Assembly (NCBI RefSeq): GCF_004010195.1
Contig: NC_057752.1
Location: 9,495,323-9,533,293 of the forward strand
Length of the DNA stretch: 37,971 bases
DNA from: Chiloscyllium plagiosum
Lineage: Eukaryota
Direction: 5' to 3'
Notes under the pieces: model-generated
Databases searched by the model: none
What the model saw: the letters and a program-made list of their open reading frames with translations, nothing else
What the model was told of the DNA's origin: nothing
Shown here: positions 11,600-25,044 of the stretch, piece after piece
Numbering within the stretch: position 1 is the stretch's first letter
Layout of the letters: each line of letters begins with the position of its first letter
Made by a program: the position numbers and the translations under genes

Positions 11600-14030
11600 T
11601 TTTAAAGGTGAAAGTCAGAGAAGGAAAGTTCAAGGTTGTGGTCTATTCTTCCTGCTCAATGGGAAGTCAGGCACAGTTCCAGTGCCAGAATGTATCCTGG
11701 AACTGTTTTCAGCAGCAACTCCTGGAAGCCTGGGTTTCTGAGCTGGAGCGGCAGCTGGGGACTCTGTGTACGTGCTGTCTGCTACTTGCAGCTTTGTGGA
11801 TGCTCTGCAGAGGTGGTCACGCTGCATGGGCAGAAAGGGAATGGGTAATCACCCTGCACAGTAAAAGGACTAGGCAGGCTATGCAAGAGTCTCCTGTGAC
11901 TACTCCCCTTGTAAAACACACCTACCACATTGGATACTGTTGAGGGGAATGGCCTTTCAGGCGAGTCGCAACAGCCAAATTTGTTGCACCACAGTTGACT
12001 CTGCTGAATGGGAAAGCAGGAATGCAAGGAAAAGCTAAAGTAATAAGGGGTTCAATTGCAATAGGAATCGATAGATATTTCTGTGGCCTCAAACCAGATT
12101 TCAGGATGGTATGTTGCCTCCTAGGTGCTAGGGTCAAGTTTGTCTCGGGGGCTACAGGACCTTCTGGATGGGAGGGTGAACAGGCAGTGGTCATGTTACA
12201 CATTGATACCAGCAACGTAGGACCTCCATTCCTTTTTCTTTTAAATCTAAGAGCAGAATATAGGGACTTAGGAAGTGGGGTTTTAAAAAATAGGACCTCC
12301 AAAGGTAGTGATCTCACTGGTTGCTACCAGTGCCACATGCTAGTCAGAGTAGAAGTAGCTGGATATATCAGTTCAATCAGTGGCTGGAGAGATGGTGAAG
12401 GGGGAGGGTTTCAGTTTCCTCAGATCTTGGGACTGGATCTGGGGGGGATGGCCCAGTACAGATTGGATAGGATCCACCTGGACAGGACCAGGACTGATGT
12501 CCTAGGAAGGAAATGCCAGTGTTTGTTGGGGAGGGTTTAAACTGAAATGGCAGGGGGATTGGAAACTATACAAGGAGATAGAAGAGAAGGAAACAGGACA
12601 AAAACAAAAGACTGAATGGGAAATAAGAAAGTGATTAGGCTAAGAATTAAAAGGCAAGGATATCTGGGCCACATGTGGCAAAATGAGAATGGGACTAAAT
12701 GTTTGAAAAGACCAGACTTTAAGGCCTTGTGTCTTAATGTGCAGAACATTCAATAGACAATAGGTGCAGGAGTAGGCCATTCAGCCCTTCGAGCCTGCAC
12801 CGCCATCCAATATAATCATGGCTGATCATTCCTAATCAGTATCCTGTTCCTGCCTTATCTCCATAACCCTTGATTCCACTATCTTTGAGAGCTCTATCCA
12901 ACTCCTTCTTAAATGAATCCAGAGAGTGGGCCTCCACTGCCCTCTGGGGCAGAGCATTCCACACAGCCACCACTCACTGGGTGAAGAAGTTNNNNNNNNN
13001 NNNNNNNNCTCGTGAACCTACGCTGCACTCCTTCAATAGCCAGAATGTCTTTCCTCAAATTTGGAGACCAGAACTGCACGCAGTACTCCAGGTGTGGCCT
13101 TACCAGTGTTTTGTACAGCTGCAGAAGCACCTCTTTGCTTCTGTACTCAATTCCTCTTGTTATGAAGGTCAGCATGCTATTAGCCTTCTTCACTACCTGC
13201 TGTACCTGCATGCTTGCCTTCATTGACTGGTGTACAAGAACACCCAGATCTCTCTGTACTGCCCCTTTACATAAATTGATTCCATTGAGGTAGTAGTCTG
13301 CCTTCCTGTTCTTGCCACCAAAGTGGATAACCATACATTTATCCACATTAAACTGCATCTGCCCACTCACCTAACTTGTCCAGGTCACCCTGTAATCTCC
13401 TAACATCCTCATCACATTTCACCCTGCCACCCAGCTTTGTATCATCGGCAAATTTGCTAATGTTATTGCTGATACCATCTTCTATATCATTAACATATAT
13501 TGTAAAAAGCTGCGGTCCCAGCACGGATCCCTGCGGTACTTTATTCATAATAAAGTGGATGAATTGATCACTGACATAGATGTGAATGGGTTTAATATAG
13601 TTGGGATTATGGAAAAATGGCTGCAGGGTGACCAGGGATGGGAACTGAATATCCCAGGGGCATTCCATTTTTAGGTTGGACAGATGAAAAAGAAATGAAG
13701 GTGGGGTAGCATTGCTGGTTAAAAAGGAATTAACACCAACATGAGAGAATATTAGATCTGGTGAAGTGTAGTCTGAGCTTAAAAACACCAAGGGGCAGAA
13801 AATGATAGGGTGTTGGATGTAATGGTAATGTGGGGAAGGCATTAAACAAGACATTTTTAGAAATGCAAACAACAAAAATACAGCTGTAGTTATGGATGAT
13901 GTTAATCCCCATCGAGATTAGGCAAATCAAATCAGTAACAAAACCTTTTTAGAGGAGGAATTCCTGAAGTGTATGGGATGGTTTTCAGGATCACTAGGTT
14001 GCAGAACCAACTAGAGAACAGGCCATTCTG
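11600..14030 (+). mobile_element. Older CR1 LINE 5' portion (ORF1 esterase-like region plus APE endonuclease start), split by the younger CR1 at 12751-13536
   Basis: ORF1-like RMVCCLLGARVK and RLDRIHLDRTRTDVL. Endonuclease-like KALCLNVQNI|NKVDELITDIDVNGFNIVGIMEKWLQGDQGWELNIPG resumes after 13540. Many frameshifts. Confidence 0.75.
12751..13536 (-). mobile_element. Young 5'-truncated CR1 LINE
   Basis: [19 protein letters not shown]...SKFADDTKLGG, then MQFNVDKC...RDLGV...LYKTLVRPHLEYCVQFWSP. Ends in a (CTATTGT) repeat tail at 12751. Confidence 0.92.
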
Positions 14031-14099
14031 TGTCTTGTGGTCTCTTGAGTCGTAAGCTCAGACCTGAATATTTAACCAACATCGTCATTCTGTTAGCAG

Positions 14100-14580
14100 T
14101 TGCCACTCCTCCATCTTTCCCTTTTTTTTTATTACTGGAGCGTTTTGTCTCTGTTTGAGCTATTTTTGATTTGAGAGAACAAACCGTTTAAGACCTCGCC
14201 AAATCTAGTGAAAAAAGGGTTCTCCTGACCTCCGGACTATATGGCTGGCCCTGTAATGCCAATCTCTCCAGTCTGGGGAAATTGCCTTTCCACATCTACC
14301 CAGTCTAGCCCTGTTAAGAATTTTATACATGTCAATGAGGTCAGCTATTATGAAGCCAGCAAATATAGGCCCATGCCACATGATTGTACTTTTCTAGGGT
14401 AATCAGTTCATTCCAGGGATTGGTCTAATAAGCCTTAGTTGCACAACAAGTGCATCCTTTAGATAGGAGACCAAACCTGTGCATAATTACTCCATGTGGC
14501 CTAGCCAAAAGCCAGTACAATTACAGGAAAAAATTCATTTTATTATGGTGCTCTATTCCCCCTTTGCAATAAAGGCGAAC
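14100..14580 (-). mobile_element. Highly degenerate CR1 C-terminal fragment
   Basis: Remnant motifs such as ggagaccaaacctgtgcataattactcca, antisense to EYCAQVWSP. Confidence 0.45.
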
Positions 14581-14844
14581 CTACAGGCACAGGGCAAGAA
14601 ATTGGGAAAATGATTGTAAATTAACAGAATGTAATATTTTTGGTTTTATAATGGTCTGTGTGAGAGTGCATTCCTTTAATCCCCTCTCTCATTCCTTCAT
14701 CACTAATGGGAAGAGAGGCAAAACCTTAGACAACAGCATGTTCAGGAATGAGAGTGAATGTAGGCTTCATTTTGCTAAGATGGGGCACCTAGTGCCTTCT
14801 GCCCTTAGAGGACCCCAACATTCTTCTGACCGCAAAGAAACCAC

Positions 14845-15033
14845 CCCTCAATCCCTGTAACCCTGCATCTCCCATGGCTAATTCACCTAACCAACACATC
14901 TTTGGATTGTGGGAGGAATCCCACACAGACGTGGAAAATGTGCAAGCTCCATACAGCCAGTCACCTGAGGATGGAATCTAACCCAGGTCCCTGGTGCTGT
15001 AAGGCAGCAATGCTAACCACTGAGTAACTGCCG
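14845..15033 (-). mobile_element. HE1/V-SINE-like SINE fragment
   Basis: Reverse complement has the tRNA head (ctcagtggttagcattgctgcct) and the V-SINE core. Confidence 0.75.
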
Positions 15034-15981
15034 CTCAAATGTCCTGTAAGGTTTCAATGTCTGCACATAGTAGAAGTTTAGTCATCTTTGAATAGATTGT
15101 AATAGTGTGAAATACCCTCGAATCTGTTAATGTGCTACCTTCGTGGCTGTTGGTTTTCTTTACTGTCCTGAGCGTAGGTGAGTTGCATATATAGTACAGC
15201 ATTGTATAACAGGGATCATTGTTGCATAAAAGCTGATATTGTTGTACAGCAACGTTTGGAAACTACCTCCCAGCCCCCACCATTGCACATGGCCTCCTGT
15301 CAAGCTGATCCTTGCCCTCCAGCAGCTCAACCCTGTCGACTGAAATTGGAGTTTGTCATTTCAGTCATGTAGTGTTGTGAAACATGTGAACCTGTGCGTT
15401 TCTGTGGAAAGCTGTTCCTCTTGTTATGACGCTGCAAATCCTACATTGTTTTGGCTGTTGTATTTCTAAATATTAGCTATGGCACATTTATTCTGTCATC
15501 TTCGCAATACCTGAGGAATGATAGCTGTTTGGTGGGTGCTGGCTACCCTCCTATAATACCTAGCTGAAGTAGCTATTCCACAGGATGGGCGCACACATTG
15601 CAGTAGAAGTCACTGGACTGTGTTTAAAAACAATGCTGCAACCCACCCTGCTTTGAATGGGCATAGCCTGCTGAACAACCTAAAATACAACTGAAGAGCA
15701 GAGGGTCTGTTTTTGATGCACTGGTAGACAATTCAAAAGTGACAGCTGTAAATCGGTCAGTAATGCAATGAATGTCATCTCTGGATTCATATTTAGAAGC
15801 ATGGGATGCAAAAGCAAAGGCTCCATGTTGGGCTTAGAGGGCCTCGCTGCAGCTGGAGTTTTGGATGTAGCTTGACAACTTGAAGCTTTCATTTCAAGAA
15901 TTGAGATGGTTGAGTGGTGATCTGACTGAGATCTTTTGCGATTAAGGTTACAACCAGGTAACTTTTTTTGATGAAATACCA

Positions 15982-16073
15982 ACAGAAATTGCTGAAAAAG
16001 CTCAGCAGGCCTGGCAGCATCTGTGGAGAGAAATCAGAGTTACTGTTTCAGGTCAAGTGACCCTTCTTCAGAA
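15982..16073 (-). mobile_element. Penelope-like terminal fragment with a hammerhead-like core
   Basis: Minus strand CTGAAGA-AGGGTCA-CT-TGACCT-GAAAC. Related copies at ~533-626 and 18300-18590. Confidence 0.6.
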
Positions 16074-16489
16074 CACTAGTCAATGGGATAGTTATAGAAA
16101 AATAGTTTCTGTAACATAACCACTGGCTTTCGTCTACAATCTACATTGAATTCATAATGTCTGTAAATTATTGGGGGGGAAAAAAAACTGAATTTCCACT
16201 CACCCCTGTTGAGAAATTTTGTTTTGTAGTGTATTCCCAGGTGTGATAGCTATAAAAGGGCACACAGAGTGAGCAGGAGAGTTGGGATTAGACTAGGTGG
16301 CTTGTTGGGGCGGAAAACAAAGTGCTGATAGAATAAATGGCCTGTTTTGTGCTGCAACATTTCAGGATTGTGGAAACTAATTTTTAAGCTTCTGTTGGGG
16401 GGAGAAAAGATCTTTTGAGTGAATGTGAAAGGGGTCAATTAAAACTGTGAAGCTCACCCTTTTTAATAAAAACTTGTTTCATAAAATGT

Positions 16490-16725
16490 ACTTATCCCTT
16501 ATTGTCCTTGAGCTCACCACTAATGTGAACCACTGCAGTCCATATGCTGTAGGTAGACCCACAGCGCTGTTCTGGAGGGAGTTCTGGGATGATTATATTT
16601 CCAAGTCAGGATGATGGGTGAGTAGCTTGAAGGGGTACTGACCACGTATCTGCTGCCCTTGTCCTCCTCTGAAGGAAGTGATGATGGGTTTGGAAGGTGC
16701 TGTCAAAGGCCCCTTGATGAATTGT
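16490..16725 (-). mobile_element. Old CR1-group 3' fragment
   Basis: Similar to 10320-10585 (tatttccaagtcagg, gggtttggaaggtgctgtc). Confidence 0.55.
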
Positions 16726-17356
16726 CTTAAAAAGTGCTTTCGCCTTCAATTGGACTGTATCCAGTTTTGAAAGAGTGATGGACTAGGTGGTCGTTCCCAT
16801 TCGTCTCTGGACTGGGACCCAGATCCATACTATACAGAGTTCTTTTGATACACAACCCCATAGATTCTGCATTCCACAAATACAAAATTACTAAAACCAA
16901 CTCTGCTATTTGTGTTTGAAGATGCTTTTATGTGGAGAGATTTTTGGGATTTGGATTCCAGGGAGCTCGTGTTGAGTTGGCTCCTAGTTTTTGTATGCCC
17001 AACTCCCCCATTCATTTGGCAGGATCTGGTTCTGCCACAAGGGGAAGGAAAGCTTAAAGGCAGGAGCCCAGCTTGAATACCTGTCTCTGGGAATTCAAAT
17101 TAAGCTGATGGTGTAGGCACTGTTGTACTGGTTCTACCTTGTTGCAGTAGGTTGTGGGAAAGCTCAGAATTGAGGGCCAAAAGTATGTTGTATTTGTTGG
17201 TGATTATCAGGAATTCAAGAGAAAGTTTCTTTCCTAGAAAGTGAGGAGAATGTGTAGCTTGCTACCATTTTAAGCCAAATGGCTTGATTTTGTGCTGTGA
17301 ATTTTTAGGAGTGTAGCCATTGTTGAGATCACATTCTGCTTTTATTGGTTGGAAAT

Positions 17357-17570
17357 GGTCAGATGTCACATGACACCAGGTTATAGTCCAACAGGTTTAT
17401 TTGAAATAACAAGCTTTTGGAGTGCTACTCCTTCGTCAGCTAACACTACTTCGCCTAATGAAGGAGCAGCACTCCAAAAGCTTGTGATTTCAAATAAACC
17501 TGTTGGACTATAACCTGGTGTCATGTGACATCTGACCTTGTCCAGCCCAGTCCAACACTGGCACCACCTC
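17357..17570. mobile_element. Palindromic Penelope-like insertion (~83-bp arms) with a TSD
   Basis: Arms 17357-17439 and 17455-17537 are near-perfect reverse complements. Flanks ATTGGTTGGAA at 17344 and 17571. Confidence 0.75.
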
Positions 17571-17860
17571 ATTGGTTGGAAGTGGCCATGGATTTGGAAT
17601 GTGCTGTCTAAGAAACCTTGATGAATTTCTGCAGTGCATCTTGTAGATAGAGGGAGGGGTACCTCATCCACAAACAGTCAAATGGATTCCTTTGTCTTCA
17701 ATGTGTTGCTTCTTGAGTGTTGTTGGAGCTATACTAACCAGGCAAGCAGGGAGTCATCCATCACATTCCTAACTTTATGCCTTATTGATGGTGGACCAAC
17801 CTGTGAGGAGTCAGGAAATGACCATTTTCCTAGCCTCTGACCTCTTGTTGTCACTATATT
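17571..17860 (-). mobile_element. Old CR1-group fragment
   Basis: Similar to 10550-10840 (gtgttgttggagct…ccatcacattcct). Confidence 0.55.
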
Positions 17861-18025
17861 TATACTATATCGAGGGGTGGTGGTTGAATTCTGTCTTCTT
17901 AGAGTTGGTCACTGCCCAGCACTTGCATTGTATGGTAGTTACTTCCCACTTGTAAGTAACTTTACCAATTTGAATAAGCTTGGGGTGAAACTGAAATGTT
18001 TTGTTTTTTTTTTTAAACAAACCAG

Positions 18026-18131
18026 GTTCATTGCCAAACCATGTGCCCTGAGCCTTCGAATCCAAGCAAATGGACCACGCAGAGCACAGCCCAATGCTAT
18101 CCTAGAAAAAGTCTTTACATCAATTACTAAG
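18026..18131 (+). CDS. CERS5: Ceramide synthase (CERS5/6-like) internal coding exon, (R)[35 protein letters not shown]
   Basis: Pyrimidine tract plus ccag acceptor (18022-18025) and AAG|gtgagt donor. 106 bp, phase 2 in and phase 0 out. The peptide matches the CERS5/CERS6 segment just before the Hox-like domain. The paralogue call rests on the downstream exons. Confidence 0.9.
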
Positions 18132-18299
18132 GTGAGTGCTATGGTCCTGGAGCTTCACTCACCTTTCTTTTGTTTTTACCAGAAAGTGCATGTTTTCTGC
18201 AACTGAGGCTGACTGGGTATCCACCCCCAAACCAGTCTTGTATAACAGCCCAACTCCCTGACTGGGTAGAGCAGCATTCTGTACACCTTTTACAAATTA

Positions 18300-18590
18300 T
18301 AGCAAAATATTGAGGGTGCTGGAAATTTGAAACAAAGATTGCTGGAAAAGCTCTGGTAGCATCTGTGGCGAAAAAACAGTGTTAACTTTTCAAGTCCAAT
18401 ATGACAGTTTAGAACTGAAATGTGTTGGAATTTTTTACGCCAACACTTATTCAACACGCAGTACCTGCTTGTTTTTTTTTAAATAAGAATTTTTCAACAC
18501 CATTTTGGATCTGAAGAAGTCAAAATGTTAACTCTGCTTCTCTCCCCACAGATATTGTCAGACCTGAGTTTCTCCAGTATTCTCTGTTTG
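18300..18590. mobile_element. Degenerate inverted pair of Penelope-like terminal fragments
   Basis: 18300-18420 (gctggaaaagctc…agcatctgtgg…gttaac) and 18505-18590 (ctgaagaag…gttaactc…ccacagat…gacctgagtttctccag) are oppositely oriented. Confidence 0.5.
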
Positions 18591-20349
18591 TTTACTCCGA
18601 GGCTGGTCAGTGTTAAAAGAAGTTATATTAAATGACAGTGCCTTAGTTGCTGTTTTGTACTGACTTCCCAAATATTTGATGTTTTTTCCATCCTGCTTTC
18701 CTCTTTTTAATGATACTAAATCTTTCTATCTACATAAATGAACTAGACACAGAATTTTTAACCCATTGCACTTATACGTCATTGACTCAGGTATTATTCA
18801 TAACATAGCTACAAGTCCCAACAGAACAAATATCCAAAAGGACACATCTTTTTGATAATAAGTCTTTTTTTTTATTTGAACCTAAATACTCTCTGCTGCT
18901 CTTAGAGCAGGGGATTCGCAAAGTTGAAACTTCTCAGTAACGCAATCATCCATTTTAATTGAAGTTACTTACAGCAAATAGATTGTGTGACTTTAAAGAG
19001 ACAAGCTAACTCCACCCTTGGCAGCAGAACAATACATTGTGTGATAGATGGCCTAAAATTCCTGTTTTGCAATATAACATCGCAGGAGATCTGCAAGTAT
19101 TGCAAATTCTGACCTGTGTAAGTGTCTAACATGAAGCCTTGTTTGGGTTTTATTTTGTCCATGCCTTTTTAAGCCGTGACTATCAATCAATCTTGATCTT
19201 CTCTTTTAAGATCTATCCATTGGGCAACAATGTTATATCCTTTCCAAACTTTGAGGCCCCATAAATCTCAAACAAGCCAAGCCTGTCACAACTAAGTATT
19301 TCAGAATAGTACTGAAATGATTTAGCTTTGGTGTGCTAGACTGCTCAGGGTTGTGGCCTGTAGCTGGCCCAGCAAAATGTAGTTTGCACTTCAGTATCAG
19401 ATGACTTTAATAGTCAACAACCAACAGATGGATTTGAAAAACATAGGGTTGTTTTCACTGCTGCAGGCTTTTATTCCTGTGTCTCCTCTCCCCTGTGCAG
19501 GAGTGAACCCCTTCTTAGCAGTGTTGTGGTCTAGCTTAGCTGATGTGCCCTGATGACAAATTGAACGTGGCATGTGCTGACCTTGTGCTATATTTTCTGG
19601 ATGTCTTCAAATACTAGTGGAGTGCTTTATAGAAAGAATTTGCTGAGGGGCTTGGACTGGGATAAATTGCCCCAGTCATAGGGGAGGACTGTATAGAATG
19701 GAGAGTTGGAGGTCCATGTGTGTAGATTTGGTTTTCGGGTCTGCTTCTCATTCTGTGCAGCAGATATCCTTTAACCATTTTGTTTAGAATTTCTAATTCT
19801 TTTAAAAAGTGAGCAGTCACTTCAGAAAGGCCTGTGACCTTTTTATTCTTCTCTCGCACACTCATATTTGCTCTCGACGAAGGGTCAGACTCTTGAATCC
19901 TATAAGAAAATGATCTCCGAAGTGGGGGTTGTGCTGCTGTTGGCTTGCTAGAGATCTGGCCTGGTGATGCCACTCCCCAGGCAGTAGTTGTGTACCTGCA
20001 GCACACTGTGCTCCCATATGGTAAAAGTGTTAATACAGTTTCCATTCTATTTAACAGCAGCGTGAAGATATCCATTTGGCTATTGCACCTGTATTAAAAG
20101 CATGTTTTTGTGAATTAAATGTGTGGCATTATTAAAATGAAAATTTTAAATTTTCTCTATTACAATAATTCCAACAGCTAGTAGATTGAAATAATTTGTT
20201 TATATTCGCACCTTTATGCAGCCTTGTGCTGTCCCAGGTGTGCTTTTACAACTGAGACTATTTTGCTTCCTGGAGGAGCTGACTGGGTGGAAGGTGAGTG
20301 ATCATTGAAATGCCCCTGAGACTGGTGTTGGGCATTCTGAAGAATCGCC

Positions 20350-20815
20350 AAATCTCCATCCCACCTCCCCTAAAAGAACTTCCTCATCCCCTCCGTCCCA
20401 AATGGTCTATTGAGAGAGTTTGTCCTCTGGCTCTAGACCTGCCACAATGCACCAAAACAATGCTGGGGGAAGCACTTGTGCTGCACTTACCTTGTCAGGC
20501 CCTGTAAGAATTTTGAGATTCAACGGGAGATTCACCTAACCAATGCAGGCCCAGTTTCCTCAATTTCCTCAGTCTCTCCTCCCAAGAGCAATCCTGTCAT
20601 CCTAGTCTGGTGATCTTTTGTTGCATTCCCTTTTATGGTAAGAATATTCTTCCTTTTGGTAAGACCACCAAAACTGCGCGCACAGAATGTAGCCTCATGA
20701 AACCTTGATACAATTCCAGTAATCCTTTACTCTTGTACTCTCATCACCTTGAGAGGCCAGTATACTATTTACCTTCCTAATTCCTCCTTATCATTGCATG
20801 TTGGTTATCAGTGAT
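20350..20815 (-). mobile_element. Highly degenerate CR1 C-terminal fragment
   Basis: Remnant motifs similar to 14100-14580 and 13040-13230. Confidence 0.45.
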
Positions 20816-22499
20816 AAACCACAAATTGTTTAAAAATTTTGGAGTTGAGGATCATTGGGAAATGGAGGTCTTTTTTACTTCTGTAGGTACATGAACTAGG
20901 ATGACGATCATCTGCATTTGCATGTGATCTTGTTGCTGGTCAGTGGTTGGTTGAAATCATTTGTCAGTATATTTAAGTGTGTGGTGATGAACTCCTGTAT
21001 GCCACAATAGTGATGGCGAGGATCTGAAAAACCTATTATTAGGATTTCTATTTTCATGGGTGGTGCAGAAATTACAAAGCTTGTCATTGCATTTCCATAT
21101 TTTGCATTCCTTCTCACTAGGTCAAAAATTCTGGTGCTCTCTCCCTAACAGCCCTGTGGGTCTACCTGCACCTCATAAGTTACAGAGGCTCAGAAAGGCA
21201 ACTCCCCACCATCTCATCAAGGACTGTATAAGCTGTTTCTCTGGTGCTGTCCCATGATGAATTAAAGACAATTAATCCCATGACCTCTGCCTAGGTAGAT
21301 CGCCCCTGACTATCTGAACAGCTGTATAGCTGTTGTGGTTAAGCTAGCATTGGTCCTATTTGTACACGTTTGGGGTGTTTTGGTTTAATTTAAAAGCTCT
21401 AGAACCTTTTTGAAGTGCAGAAACACATCTGCAGATGCTCTAAATGGTCAATTGTGTGGATAAAAGATTTCACTAAGCATTGGCAATCAAGACCAATAAA
21501 ACCTGATCTTGACTCCTACATAAACAGTTAGCTTATTGACTCTCCACAATAAAAGCACCATTTCATAAATGGGAAAATGTAGTAAAGTAGCTGCTGTAAA
21601 TCGCTCCTTAGCAGCAATCCTAAATGGGAGAGCTGGCAGAGTGACTCAATCTTGTATTGTGGATTATTCTAGTGGAGTCTGTCAGAAACTCTCTGGATGG
21701 TAAATTAGTTTGATCAAGTCATTACAGCTATGTCTTGGGGAGGAGGGGTGGGTGTTGGAGGACAGTAAGGAGGAGGAAAATTTCAATTAACTTTAAAGCT
21801 TGGATCTTCAGAAAATGGTGCATTAATAACATTTTGAAATTGTTCCTAAAAGCCCTTTTGTTAATGCATTGAAGTTTTAAAATCCTGTTTTTTTGTTTTT
21901 TGTTTTGTTCGTTCATTTGATGTTTTAGCAATATAAAGCTGATCTAAAGCTTACAATCAGGCTTTTGTTTTTGTTTAACTTGTCTTGCTTTGCAATCTTC
22001 TGTACAATTAGGAGGAGGCCATATGGCCCCTAATATCAGTGACTGCTCTTTGCCAGAGTAATCCAAAACTAAATATGCAACCCCAATCTCTCCTCGCTGT
22101 CTTGCATTTTTCAATAGCAATCCTTTTGTATTTATACAGCGCCTCCTCTGCAAAAAAAATTTTGAGCAGCTTCAGGGGTATATTAAGGCAAATGGATGCT
22201 GAGCCAAAGAAAGGATTGGTAGAAGAGACCACAAGCTCAGTCAAAGAAATGAGTTTTAAGTTGGACTTTCAAGAGTGGTAAGGAGGAGACACTCCCTCTT
22301 GTGTGAGGCCGATGTGGCTGAAAGCATGGTCACTGTTGTCAGCGTGAAGGGTGTGAAAGATTTAGAAGAAGCCGGAATTTGAGGATAGGTCATTTGGGCT
22401 GGAGGACACTTGCACAGATGCGAAAGAGTAAAGCCATGATTAAACTCACAAAAGTTAGTACTTTTAAGTTTTGAGGCTTCGGGGCTGAGCAAGTGGAAA

Positions 22500-22860
22500 G
22501 AAAGAAAGCATCTTTATGTATAGAGCACCTTTCTTCACCTCAGCAAATGAAGTCCTTTTCAACTGTCGTCACTGTGATGTAAGAAGTGCACTTGCACACA
22601 GCAAGATTTTACAAGTTGCAATGCAGTAATCACTAGAGGCATTTGATGAAGGATGAATATTAGCCAGACCACTGGGAGAGTTTCCCTGTTGTTACAATAG
22701 TGCTTTGGGACCTTTTACATCCACCAAAGAGGGTAAACAGAGCCTCCATTTTATCTATTTTCTAAAAGGAGGCCTGCTCAGACTCTGCAGCACATGTGCT
22801 CTGAAGGGGAAACCTAGATTTTTGATTTGACTTGGCTCGGTGACAGGGACTTGCACAAAG
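22500..22860 (-). mobile_element. Ancient DeuSINE (SacSINE1/AmnSINE1-like) remnant
   Basis: Deu-domain-like motifs: gtcactgtgatgtaag…tgcacacagcaagat…atattagccagaccactgggagag…atagtgctttgggaccttttacatccacc. Confidence 0.65.
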
Positions 22861-25044
22861 TTCACCACCTAAGTTTACGTCAGCGTGTTGGAGTGACAGG
22901 TGGGTGGGAATTGTTGCAACATCTGGTAAAGATTGGGTAGAGATCTGGATGTCTTCTGACTTTTGAACTCTGGTATATGTCTACACCGGCATCTTTAGGA
23001 TATCATGTATGGCCTTTTGTGCTGTTTGCAGTATAAGGAGTTTTGACAGCAAAAGACCTTTTTAGAAATGGTGATTGAAGTCTTTATCTGTGAAACTAGG
23101 AACATTTTCAAGGGGCCACAATGTAGCACAACTACTTCCTGAAGAGCTTTGAGTATCTGAGATGGTCATCTCCTTAGCTATTGGATTTAGGAAGGTCCCT
23201 GGAGCATGCTAAGCATGTTTATCAACTAGAACAGCTGTGGTGCTATTACAATTAACCACAGGAGCCCTGTGTTAAATGGGTTGGGGCAGCTGGGAGGTTT
23301 TGTAGTACAAAACCAGAGCACCTGGCCACTCCAAGTAAATGGTAAGTGCCATTTCAGAAGGTACGCCAAATTAGATAAAAAAGCAGTAGGACATAGTGAT
23401 GAGCTCTGGGGCATATCATTGCCACCAATAATTCAGTCTGGGAACAGTTTATTGACCCAGAGGCCTCTGTGCCACTGCTACCAGATCTAATCAAACTCTG
23501 CTAAAATGACTCTCTTGTACCTCCTGGCTGCATTATTAAATGAGTTCTTGCTTATAGCCATAACCATAACTGTAGCCGTACACTGTGATCCATACGGCTA
23601 TTGAGTAAAGTGCTGGAGCAGAATTTGATCTAATGTGACATATGTAGAGTAGCATCTACATTAACCGTCTCCTTTCTGTCATTTTGTGCTGCCCACTCTG
23701 CAACAGCTTCTGTCTATTTTTCCCCTTTGACAACTCCACTCCGTGCACATTCTGAGAAATGCATGATTGCCAATGCTTTGGCATTTGGCCCAAGTGGAAT
23801 TGGGTGCATTAAAACAGCAACTAGTCCAAGTTGTTCCATTTTTACATTTGGGGGATAGATAGCAGCCATTCTCTTTGTACTGCTAGAATCCTATAACATG
23901 CATGATCTACTGTTTACTTGCTTCCACCCCCATAACATTTCTGTTCAAGAAAATTTCCTGTCACCACAGTTTTAATCCCTCTCGCACTTCACTTTTAGTG
24001 ATGCACTTTTAACTAAGCTCATTTCTCATGCCACCTGTTTGCTGACTTTCAAAAAGTTTGTGTTTGCTCTCCCACGCCTTGGGGAAATGTATCAACTGGT
24101 GTGTGCTGGTGAGTTTGTATCAATTTAGGGATGCTACATGTTTGATCTCTTGGGTATTCTTGGCACAGGTCACTAATTTAGTTTGGCACACGATGGGTGC
24201 CAGAGAGGGAAAAGAAATGAGTTGGGATTTCTGCTCACTGAGTTTTGTAGGGAGGACTATATCTGGTTCTGTTTTAATGCCCTATCCAATTGATTTAGTT
24301 TGCTAATGCTTGCTGTCTTGGTTTAGTTTTGAAGACAAGGCACCTTGGGCATTATATCAGAGCTGCCAATGACTGTGAAGCTGCCTGAGCACAGGCAGTA
24401 CCATCTGGAGCGTAGGGGTGAACCTTCCCCTTTACCCTTAAACTCACCTGCTACTCCATACAGCAGCCCCCTAACACAAGCCAATGTATTGCACTGAGGA
24501 AAAGCTCACCATATGGGTTCACAATATTGATTTTAAAAAATTGTCATCTTTTCCAATACCTCTTTGATACTGTCTATTGATGCATAGCAGCCAAATGTGC
24601 TGTCCACTTTAAAATGATTGAACAATGTATGTTTCTAGTTAAACTCCAAAGAAAAGTAATGTCTGATGAAGCTTTACAATAAAATATCAACTGCAATTCA
24701 TGCATCCCTTTTTTTAATCACCTTGGTTCCCCTCTCACTTCCTTGCTTTAGGAAGGCGGCTAGTCCTGTATGCTAATCTAAGTAAACACAGAGTTCCACT
24801 GAACCCTGTAGTCATCCTTTTAGGGAACAATACTGAGTGTCTTCTTTTCTGGTTTTGTTTACACTAGCCTTTTGGATAGAAAGGTCTTGAGTCTGTTGTC
24901 TGTATCGTTTAACAATGTTATGTCAAAGACTTTTGTAAAACTGAATATTGGTGCAAGTTAATTCTGATGGATCATGATATGCAGTGAAGTTTTTTTAACC
25001 TGTTCAGCGCATCTCTATTTGAGTTTTATGAAGGTCTCTGACTA

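Noticed and set aside
23500..24300. Possible conserved non-coding element or cryptic exon in repeat-poor intron
   Set aside because: There is no convincing splice-site/ORF combination, and conservation cannot be assessed without alignments.
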